A DNA stretch of 28,450 nucleotides. It comes from Gemmatimonadales bacterium (lineage in GTDB: Bacteria > Gemmatimonadota > Gemmatimonadetes > Gemmatimonadales > GWC2-71-9). Position numbers and translations under genes: made by a program. Within the stretch, counting starts at the first letter, position 1, and each line of letters starts with the position of its first letter. The notes beneath the pieces are model-generated. The model saw nothing but the letters and a program-made list of their open reading frames with translations, made no database searches and had not been told where the DNA came from. The stretch covers positions 1 through 28,450 of the forward strand of contig JBDIWC010000049.1 of NCBI GenBank assembly GCA_039794085.1, read 5' to 3'. Below, piece after piece: positions 9,778-17,212 of this stretch.

Positions 9778-10475
9778 GATCTCAGTGCGCAAGGCGTGGA
9801 GCGACGGGAATCATGCGGAGACCTCCGTGTCCTCCGCGGCCTCTGTGGTGACCCCTCCCCGCTCCCCGTCTCGGACGCCGGGCATCGGCATGATGGGGGC
9901 CCTTCCACCCCCCACACAAAGGCTCCTGATCTCGGCGCGCCAGGCGTGGAGCCGCGGGAATCATGCGGAGACCCTCCGTGTCCTCCGCGGCCTCTGTGGT
10001 GCCCCCCCCTACGTCACTCCGGATTGAACCACAGAGAACACGGAGGACGCAGAGGGTTGACGGCATCCACGAGGCGTTCCCAGTCTCGGTCCCCGGGCAT
10101 CGGCAGGACGGGGGCCCTTCCACCCCCCAGAAACAGAATCCGGATCTCGGCGCGCGAGACTTGGAGCCGCGGGAATCATGCGGAGACCCTCTGTGACCTC
10201 CGTGTTCTCTGCGGTGATTCCTTCCCGCCTTTCCCGATCCCATACCCCCGGGCATCGGCAGGATGGGGGCCCTTCCACCCCCCAAAAACAGAATCTGGAT
10301 CTCGGCGCGCAAGGCGTGGAACTGCGGGAATCATGCGGAGACCCTCCGTGTCCTCCGCGACCTCTGTGGTGACCCCCTCCCCACCCCAGAATGAACCGCA
10401 GAGAACACGGAGGACGCAGAGGGTTGTCGGTTCACACGACACCCTCCCCGTCTCGGAAGGCGGGGATCGGCATGA
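9778..10475. repeat. Modular non-coding tandem repeat, four units starting 9778, 9928, 10143, 10298
   Basis: ~73-bp module containing invariant GGGAATCATGCGGAGACC x4; CCGGGCATCGGCA..GGGGGCCCTTCCACCCCCCA x3; inverted half-module x2. Confidence 0.9.
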
Positions 10476-10563
10476 GGGCCGAGTGAAGCCACAGATGACA
10501 CGGAGGGTTCGGCCCACACCATCCGCGGAAAACGATGGAGGGCACATCCGCATGTCACCGGAT

Positions 10564-10579
10564 TGTGACGCAGAGCACA
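10564..10579. promoter_or_regulatory. Candidate CRP/FNR-family operator
   Basis: TGTGA-cgcaga-GCACA, one mismatch from TGTGA-N6-TCACA, ~60 bp upstream of a TTGACA. Confidence 0.4.
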
Positions 10580-10641
10580 ACATGCATGGGACGGCAATCA
10601 CAATGGCCCAACTTATGCTTGCAGCGCGCAATGTGTGACCC

Positions 10642-10670
10642 TTGACATACCCACCACTGTTTCGGATATT
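10642..10670 (+). promoter_or_regulatory. Candidate sigma70 promoter for the peptidase-cassette locus
   Basis: TTGACA-17 nt-GATATT, followed by GGAGGT RBS and ATG 10759. Confidence 0.55.
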
Positions 10671-10758
10671 GGTTAGGGTCAAGATCCCCTCGGCATCGCA
10701 CCGATCGGGCTCTTGATGGCAGTGGTCCGCCCGCCCGGGCGACAAATGGAGGTGTCAC

Positions 10759-12491
10759 ATGGGTTCCATCCCGCAGTCTCGCTCCGCATGGCTGGTTGGC
10801 ATGTGCCTTGCGGGGGGGGGTAAATTCTCTCCGGTTGTGACAGCAGCACCGTGAGTACTCCCTCCGAAGTGCAGCCGGTACCAACCACGACCTCCGCAAA
10901 TGTTGTCCAGGAGGGATTCGACATCCCGAGCAGTCCCCGGTACCACCTGAAGGTGGATGGATCCGGGTCGTTCCGGCCGGGTACCCCTGTCATCCTGACC
11001 GTTGATGTCGAGAGCATGAAGGGAACGGGTGCCACTGACCTCGAGCTGTATCTCCCTGAATTGACGGCATTTGAGGCCTCCCCTGCAACCTGGAGAGGTA
11101 TCCCCCGCGACACCCGGATGACCCCGGCCCAGAACCGGCAGATCGCGCTGAACCCGGGGTCGCGGTCCGGGCAACCGTTCACGGTGGTCTTTCCGGAGCC
11201 GGGGCTCTACACGGTCCAGGTGATTGCCCGCCAGCGCGCCCCCGATGCGGTGCGCGACTGGACCCCTCAATCGACCACGACCCACGCCTGGGTGCTCGTG
11301 CTGGAGGATGGGGGGCGGTTCTCCCCAGTGTATGACACGACGATGATTCTCCGCGACGCCATCAGCACGGGCCCCTTCCGCCATGTGGATCCGCAGCGTC
11401 AGGGGCCTCCCGTCAGTGGGGTCACCGCGTTCCGGGGTGGGGAGAACCAGTTTTGCGAAGTGAATTGCCCGCCCAGGGACTGCTGTTTCGGCGGGTCTCT
11501 GACGTATACGGATCCGGTTCTCAATCAGATTCTGCCCTTGGGGGGTGTCACGGTCCAGCTCAGCTTCGCCACCGGGGAACTCTTCCAGACGGTGGCGTCC
11601 ACCGGCGGGTACGGGGGGCTTCCCTGTCCCAACCCCGGTGAGACCGGCTTTCTGTCCTTTGTGACGATTTCATCCGCCTTCACCGTACGAGACCACGGTT
11701 CGGCCGGCACGACGTTCGCGAATGTGTCCTCGGCTGTCTGCGGCACCACCTACATGGCGCACAACACGGTGCTGGACGGCCCGCTGGTCTTTGCCCACAT
11801 GACCACGGCACGTAACAACGGGGGGAATCTCTTCGGCAAAGTCAGGGGCCCGCTCCCCGTGGACATCGAGACTCCGCCGTCTCCTGATGCACACAGCTTC
11901 TACTCCCCGTCTCAAGACCGGATCCATATCATGGATACGGAGGTGGACGAACAATTCGGGGGTTTTGTGGCTGCGCACGAGTACGGCCATGCCTTGCAGG
12001 CCACTGCCTTTGCCCATGGGGCACCGGGAATGGGGTCGTGCAACAATCCACACGATGTCGGTCTACCGAACACCATGGGATGTGCCGTTTCAGAGGGGTG
12101 GGCCGACTACTTCTCCATCAGTGTCATCCCGACCAATCTCTGGGATTTCGAATCGAATCCCTGGGTTCTGAACTTCCCGTTTCAAGGTGCCCAGATCGAG
12201 GGCGCGGTCGTGGGGTACTATCTGGACATGTCGGATCCCGCCAACGCGAGCGAAGCGGATGCGCTGAGTCTGGGAACGCGATTCGTCGCCGACATCATAT
12301 CGTCATGTGAGAATTGGGAAGGCGCTGGTGCGGCAACCATCGCTGAACTGCGTAACTGCTTCAATAACACTCTTACAACCGGATTTCAGCTCGTACCACC
12401 GGTGACCTTCCCTTCCGGGTGGACCCTGAGTGGAATGGAGCAGGACTATGATTGGAATATCCTCGGGTGTCGCGGTGCCTCCTGCTCCTAG
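10759..12491 (+). CDS. Putative Zn-metallopeptidase (gluzincin-like) lipoprotein; signal peptide frameshifted at 10812-10824, open frame 10824-12491
   Basis: AAHEYGHAL plus downstream SEGWADYF; Cys-rich body. RBS+ATG 10759 (MGSIPQSRSAWLVGMCLAGG) and lipobox ILSGC lie in different frames. Confidence 0.7.
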
Positions 12492-12909
12492 TCTGGCTTC
12501 ACTCGGTCGCGGCCTGATCTGTGCCGCTGGGGTCTTGGTCGCTTCCTGCGGGACCGAACCGGTTGACATCAATGCCATCGGGGCCACCATCTTTGGTGTG
12601 GTTTCCCGGGAGGGTGTCCCGGCGGTCGGGGTTGCGGTCCGCACGTCCTTGTTTCGGGAGCAGTGCCAGGAGCCTGTCCAGACCACGGCACCAGTTGTGA
12701 CGGACGGCATGGGCCGGTATCGCAAGGTCCTGGTGTTCGGACTCACTGCGCCGGGAACGCCGTTCTGCGTCGAAGTGCGGGTGGTGTTTGAGCGCGATCG
12801 AGTGGCAGACAGCGTGACGCTCAGCGGCATTCCGATCACGATGTCGGATTTCGTGGCCGTGGGCCAGCCGAGGGACAGTTTCCGGGTGGATATCGTGCTG
12901 CCACCGTGA
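12448..12909 (+). CDS. Cassette lipoprotein 1 (core type A), 153 aa, unknown function
   Basis: Lipobox LVASC, G-x-V..G-x-P-x2-GV and TDxxGRY beta-sandwich-like pattern; start overlaps peptidase 3' end by 44 nt (alternative GTG 12475). Confidence 0.8.
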   Translation: MIGISSGVAVPPAPSLASLGRGLICAAGVLVASCGTEPVDINAIGATIFGVVSREGVPAVGVAVRTSLFREQCQEPVQTTAPVVTDGMGRYRKVLVFGLTAPGTPFCVEVRVVFERDRVADSVTLSGIPITMSDFVAVGQPRDSFRVDIVLPP

Positions 12910-12912
12910 CAA

Positions 12913-13017
12913 TGGACAGTGAACAATGAACAGTGAACAATGAACAGTGAACAATGAACAATGAACAGTGAGCAATGAACAATGAACAATGAACAATGAA
13001 CAATGAACAATGAACAA
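12913..13017 (+). repeat. Heptamer tract (TGAACAR)15
   Basis: Units counted by hand; begins 4 nt after the stop codon. Confidence 0.95.
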
Positions 13018-13089
13018 TGAATGGTTGAGGCTGGAAAACTGCTTCGACCTTCGCTTCCGGGTGGACGCTGAGGGGAATGGAGCAGGATC

Positions 13090-13536
13090 ATGATTGGAAC
13101 ATGTTCGGGTGTCGCGGTGCCTTCTGCTTCTAGTCTGGCCTCGCTCGGTCGCGGCCTGATCTGTGGCGCGGTGGTTCTGGTCGCTTCCTGCGGTACTGAG
13201 CCAGGGGACATCTTCTCCATCGGGGCAACTGCCTTCGGGACGGTGTCCCGGAGCGGCCTTCCCGTAGCGGGCGTAGAGGTCCGCAGCACTCTGTTTCGGC
13301 AGGAATGCGTGGAACGGGTTCAAACCACTTCGCCCGACACTACGGACGACCAAGGCAGGTACCGCAAGTTCCTCGTATTCGGACTCACTGCGCCGGGGAC
13401 GCCCTTCTGCGTCGAAGTGCGGGCGATGTTCGACCGGGGTGGCGTTCCAGACAGCGTGACCATCGGCGGTATCCCGATCACGATGTCGGACCAGCCGCGG
13501 GACAGCTTCCGGGTGGATATCGCGCTGCCGCCGTGA
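13090..13536 (+). CDS. Cassette lipoprotein 2 (core type B), 148 aa
   Basis: Paralog of cassette 1; lipobox LVASC; 5-aa in-frame deletion near the C-terminus (TMSD-QPRDSF). Confidence 0.8.
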   Translation: MIGTCSGVAVPSASSLASLGRGLICGAVVLVASCGTEPGDIFSIGATAFGTVSRSGLPVAGVEVRSTLFRQECVERVQTTSPDTTDDQGRYRKFLVFGLTAPGTPFCVEVRAMFDRGGVPDSVTIGGIPITMSDQPRDSFRVDIALPP

Positions 13537-13539
13537 CAA

Positions 13540-13672
13540 TGAACAGTGAACAATGAACAATGAACAGTGAACAATGAACAATGAACAGTGAACAATGAAC
13601 AATGAACAGTGAACAATGAACAATGAGCAGTGAACAATGAACAGGGAACAATGAACAGGGAACAATGAACAG
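13540..13672 (+). repeat. Heptamer tract (KGAACAR)19
   Basis: Units counted by hand. Confidence 0.95.
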
Positions 13673-13757
13673 GGAAATGAACGGATAGATGAGGCTGGGA
13701 TGGGTTGCGATCTTCCCTTCCGGGTGAACGCTGCGGGGAATGGAGCAGGATTATTAT

Positions 13758-14216
13758 ATGAGTGGAACATTCTCGCGTGTCGCGGTGCCTTCTGCATGTA
13801 GCCTGGTTTCCTTCGGCCGAGGCCTGATCTGCGCGGCAGGGGTCCTCGTCGCTTCCTGCGGGACAGAACCGGGGGATATCACCAGTGTCGGCGCGGTCGT
13901 TTTTGGGCGCGTCTCCCGGGAGGGTATGGCCGTGCCGGGCGTGGAGATTCGTTCCTTTGCGTTCCCGCGGTGTGCTGATCCGACGGGACCCCGGCAGCCT
14001 GTCCTGACGGATTCTCTGGGCCACTACCGCGATCTGCTGACGACAGTGCTGACCGCCCCCGGTACACCGTTTTGTGTCGTTCTCCGTGCCGTGTTTGTCC
14101 GCGATGGGATCACCGACAGCGTGACCATCAGCGGGGTCCCGATCACGATGTCGGAATTTGTTGGCCCGAACCAACCGGCGGACAGTTTTCGGGTGGATAT
14201 CGCACTGCCACCGTGA
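13758..14216 (+). CDS. Cassette lipoprotein 3 (core type C, most divergent), 152 aa
   Basis: Lipobox LVASC, LTAPGTPFCV and DSFRVDIALPP conserved; alternative in-frame ATG 13740. Confidence 0.8.
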   Translation: MSGTFSRVAVPSACSLVSFGRGLICAAGVLVASCGTEPGDITSVGAVVFGRVSREGMAVPGVEIRSFAFPRCADPTGPRQPVLTDSLGHYRDLLTTVLTAPGTPFCVVLRAVFVRDGITDSVTISGVPITMSEFVGPNQPADSFRVDIALPP

Positions 14217-14219
14217 CAG

Positions 14220-14310
14220 TGGACAGTGAACAATGAACAGTGAACAATGAACAGGGAACAATGAACAGGGAACAATGAACAGGGAACAATGAACAGGGAA
14301 CAATGAACAG
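14220..14310 (+). repeat. Heptamer tract (KGAACAR)13
   Basis: Units counted by hand. Confidence 0.95.
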
Positions 14311-14389
14311 GGAATGAACGAATAGATGAGGCTGGGAACTGTTGCGACCTTCCCTTCCGGGTGGACCCTGAGTGGAATGGAGCAGGATC

Positions 14390-14851
14390 ATGATTGGAAC
14401 ATGTTCGGGTGTCGCGGTGCCTTCTGCAGGTAGCCTGGCCTCCTTTGGCCGAGGCCTGATCTGTGGCGCGGTGATTCTGTCCGTTTCCTGCGGGACAGAG
14501 CCAAGGGATATCAACACCATCGGGGCCACCATCTTTGGCGTTGTTTCCCGGGAGGGTGTCCAGGTAGCTGGAGTCTCGGTCCGCACGTCCTTGTTCCGGG
14601 AGCAGTGCCAGGAGCCTGTCTAGACCACGACACCAGTAGTGACGGATGGCATGGGTCAGTATCGCAAGGTCCTGGTATTCGGACTCACTGCGCCGGGAAC
14701 GCCGTTCTGCGTTGGGGTGCGTGCAGTGTTCGATCGCGACGGGGTCGCCGACAGTGTGACCATCAGCGGGATCCCGATCACGATGTCGGAGTTTGTGGCC
14801 GTGGGCCAGCCGCGGGACAGCTTCCGGGTGGACATCGAGTTGCCGCCGTGA
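14390..14851 (+). pseudogene. Cassette lipoprotein 4 (core type A) interrupted by in-frame TAG at 14621-14623
   Basis: Cassette 1 has CAG (Gln) at the same codon; the frame continues unshifted to 14851. Confidence 0.85.
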
Positions 14852-14854
14852 CAG

Positions 14855-14966
14855 TGGACAGTGAACAATGAACAATGAACAGTGAACAATGAACAATGAA
14901 CAGTGAACAATGAACAATGAGCAGTGAACAATGAACAGGGAACAATGAACAGGGAACAATGAACAG
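14855..14966 (+). repeat. Heptamer tract (KGAACAR)16
   Basis: Units counted by hand. Confidence 0.95.
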
Positions 14967-15045
14967 GGAATGAACGAATAGATGAGGCTGGGAACTGTTG
15001 CGACCTTCCCTTCCGGGTGGACCCTGAGTGGAATGGAGCAGGATC

Positions 15046-15507
15046 ATGATTGGAACATGTTCGGGTGTCGCGGTGCCTTCTGCAGGTAGCCTGGCCTCCT
15101 TTGGCCGAGGCCTGATCTGTGCCGCGGTGGTTCTGGTGGCTTCCTGCAGCACCGAGCCAGGGGACATCTTCTCCATCGGGGCAACTGTCTTCGGGACGGT
15201 GTCCCGGAGCGGTCTTCCCGTAGCGGGCGTAGAGGTCCGCAGCACTCTGTTTCGGCCGGAATGCGTGGAACGGGTTCAGGCCACTTCGCCCGACACTACG
15301 GACGACCAAGGCAGGTACCGCAAGGTGATGGTATTCGGGTTGACTGCGCCGGGAACGCCATTCTGCGTCGAAGTGCGGGCGGTGTTTGAGCGCGATGGAG
15401 TGGCAGACAGCGTGACCATCAGCGACATCCCCATCACGATGTCAGGGTTCGCCGGCCCGAACCAGCCGGCGGACAGTTTTCGGGTGGATATCGCGCTGCC
15501 GCCGTGA
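15046..15507 (+). CDS. Cassette lipoprotein 5 (core type B with type-C tail), 153 aa
   Basis: Lipobox LVASC; core nearly identical to cassette 2, tail GPNQPADSF as in cassette 3; no heptamer tract follows. Confidence 0.8.
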   Translation: MIGTCSGVAVPSAGSLASFGRGLICAAVVLVASCSTEPGDIFSIGATVFGTVSRSGLPVAGVEVRSTLFRPECVERVQATSPDTTDDQGRYRKVMVFGLTAPGTPFCVEVRAVFERDGVADSVTISDIPITMSGFAGPNQPADSFRVDIALPP

Positions 15508-15590
15508 TCGCATCTCCGGGTTGAAGACCGGGTCCCCGGAGCCTGCGGCGCCGGGTTCTGACAGACACTGGTTCCCGTACACAGAGTCGC

Positions 15591-15670
15591 TGTGGGTGCG
15601 CCGCTTGCGGCGCACCCGGGAGCAGGCGGGACTGGACTCGCGACGGTGCGCCGCAAGCGGCGCACCCACA
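15591..15670. repeat. REPIN-like inverted doublet of GGTGCGCCGC-(TT/AA)-GCGGCGCACC hairpins
   Basis: 15591-15616 is the exact reverse complement of 15645-15670, and each arm is itself a hairpin. Confidence 0.85.
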
Positions 15671-15789
15671 GGACACAGAGGCTGGCCTGCCGCTCCGCGG
15701 GGCCCGCCTTCCTTACCCAGATCCCTCGTTTCACTCGGGATGACGCTCCGATGGCGGAGTGGGTCTCGACCTCCTCGCCTCCGCGTGAG

Positions 15790-15822
15790 CCTTCACACTT
15801 CACACTTCGAACTTCAAACTTC
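15790..15822. repeat. Heptamer tandem CTTCACA/CTTCGAA/CTTCAAA
   Basis: Read directly; same family as 436-457. Confidence 0.7.
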
Positions 15823-15920
15823 CCACGAGCCACCCCGACGGGGTCCCCGAACCTTTCGCCCCACCGGAAACCGCGTAGATTCCCTGACAACCCTTCTTTT
15901 GTCCTGGCCGACGGTTCCCG

Positions 15921-16346
15921 ATGTCGATTCGCTCCACCCAGCCGCTCGTTCGCTCCCTGGTGGCCCGGTTAATCTCCGGGATCCCTCTGACCTTCTTCGG
16001 CACGATGAAGTTCCTGAACGAGGGCACCCAGACCAACTTCCAGGCCACCCTCGGTCTGGCCGGTTTTCCCCAACCCGATCTGTTGATCTTCGTGGCCGCC
16101 ACGGTGGAGGTGGTGGGAGGAGTCCTCCTGCTCACCGGGTGGTACGCCCGGATCGGCGCGCTCCTGGCCGTGGCCGAGATGCTCGTGGCACTCTATGTTC
16201 ACCTGACGGTGGATTTCTCACTCGCACCCGCCGGGGGGCCTCCCCATTGGCTTCCGGTCACCGTTCTCCTCTCCGCCCTCCTCGTGTTGTGGACGGGTGG
16301 GGGCCGAGGCAGTCTCGATCGCCACCTGACAAGGAGTGCTCCATGA
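15921..16346 (+). CDS. DoxX family membrane protein
   Basis: R..G...F..G..K, EVVGGVLLLTGWYARIGA, GGGRGSLD. Confidence 0.88.
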   Translation: MSIRSTQPLVRSLVARLISGIPLTFFGTMKFLNEGTQTNFQATLGLAGFPQPDLLIFVAATVEVVGGVLLLTGWYARIGALLAVAEMLVALYVHLTVDFSLAPAGGPPHWLPVTVLLSALLVLWTGGGRGSLDRHLTRSAP

Positions 16347-17212
16347 GCCGTGCGCGCGCCGCACTCGCGGTGTTGTTTTTCTCCGCAATTGTCTTCCCGC
16401 TGACGGCCCAGCAGATGGATCCCCCGGGCGGGTCGCTCGTGATCGTGGGCGGCGCGATGCGGGACACCGCGATCGTCCGGCGCTTCCTCGATCTGGCCGG
16501 GGGGCCCGATGCACCGATCGTCCTGATCCCCACCGCCGGTGGCGCCGAGAGCTATGACCAGGCCTGGGAGGGGGGACAGCTCTTCCGCGCCCTGGGGGCC
16601 ACCCGCCTCACCGTCCTGCACACGTATGACCGGGGCGAGGCGGACACCGAGGCGTTCGCCGCTCCCCTTCGCGAGGCCCGTGGCGTCTGGTTCGGCGGCG
16701 GGCGTCAGTGGCGCCTGGCGGACTCCTATCTCGGAACCCGGACCCACCAGGAGCTGCGAGCGGTGCTGGCACGCGGCGGCGTGGTCGGCGGATCCTCGGC
16801 GGGGGCCACGATCCTCGGGTCGTACCTGGCCCGCGGCCACACTCGCGACAACACCACGATGATGGGGGATCATACCGAGGGACTCGGTTTCCTGACATCG
16901 GTGGCGATCGACCAGCACCTCCTCCGGCGGAACCGCCAGTTCGACATGCTGGAGATCGTCGAGGCCCACCCGGAGCTGCTCGGCATCGGGATCGACGAGA
17001 ACACCGCGATCGTGGTCCAGGGCGAGGAATTTGAGGTGATGGGCGAGAGCTACGCGGTGATCTACGATGCCCAACGCCGGATCGGGGAGCGCGGGGGGTT
17101 CGCCTTTCTCGCCCCCGGTGACCGATTCCACCTCCGGACCCGGACGGCCTCCCGCCCCCGGGCCCAGGGGGACCCCCTGCAACGATACCAACGGATTGAG
17201 GACAAGCCATGA
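16343..17212 (+). CDS. Secreted cyanophycinase-like serine peptidase (S51)
   Basis: Signal peptide, LVIVGGA, IPTA, FGGGRQ, GGSSAGA (Ser), IDQH, GIDE; AAGGAG RBS and ATGA overlap. Confidence 0.9.
   Translation: MSRARAALAVLFFSAIVFPLTAQQMDPPGGSLVIVGGAMRDTAIVRRFLDLAGGPDAPIVLIPTAGGAESYDQAWEGGQLFRALGATRLTVLHTYDRGEADTEAFAAPLREARGVWFGGGRQWRLADSYLGTRTHQELRAVLARGGVVGGSSAGATILGSYLARGHTRDNTTMMGDHTEGLGFLTSVAIDQHLLRRNRQFDMLEIVEAHPELLGIGIDENTAIVVQGEEFEVMGESYAVIYDAQRRIGERGGFAFLAPGDRFHLRTRTASRPRAQGDPLQRYQRIEDKP

Noticed and set aside
9778..10475. CRISPR-like reading of the four ~73-bp modules
   Set aside because: Modules are too long, spacing is irregular, and the intervening sequences are themselves repeated
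9634..10638. 334-aa ORF and other ORFs across the modular repeat
   Set aside because: Low-complexity translations; repeat units change frame (spacing 150/215/155), so coding is unlikely
10812..10820. Simple poly-G phase-variation switch
   Set aside because: Any G-run length that joins the frames puts TAA 10821-10823 in frame; a change in the A run is also needed
12907..14970. CRISPR array (repeats separating variable sequence)
   Set aside because: Repeats are 7-bp microsatellites, the intervening ~550 bp are paralogous genes, and there are no cas genes
12303..15309. Minus-strand ORFs with (CSLFIVH)n repeats
   Set aside because: Stop-free antisense reading of the heptamer tracts; they overlap the better-supported lipoprotein genes
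12404..15507. Integron cassette array or diversity-generating retroelement
   Set aside because: No attC-like palindromes, integrase or reverse transcriptase; differences are not adenine-specific and all cassettes are one family
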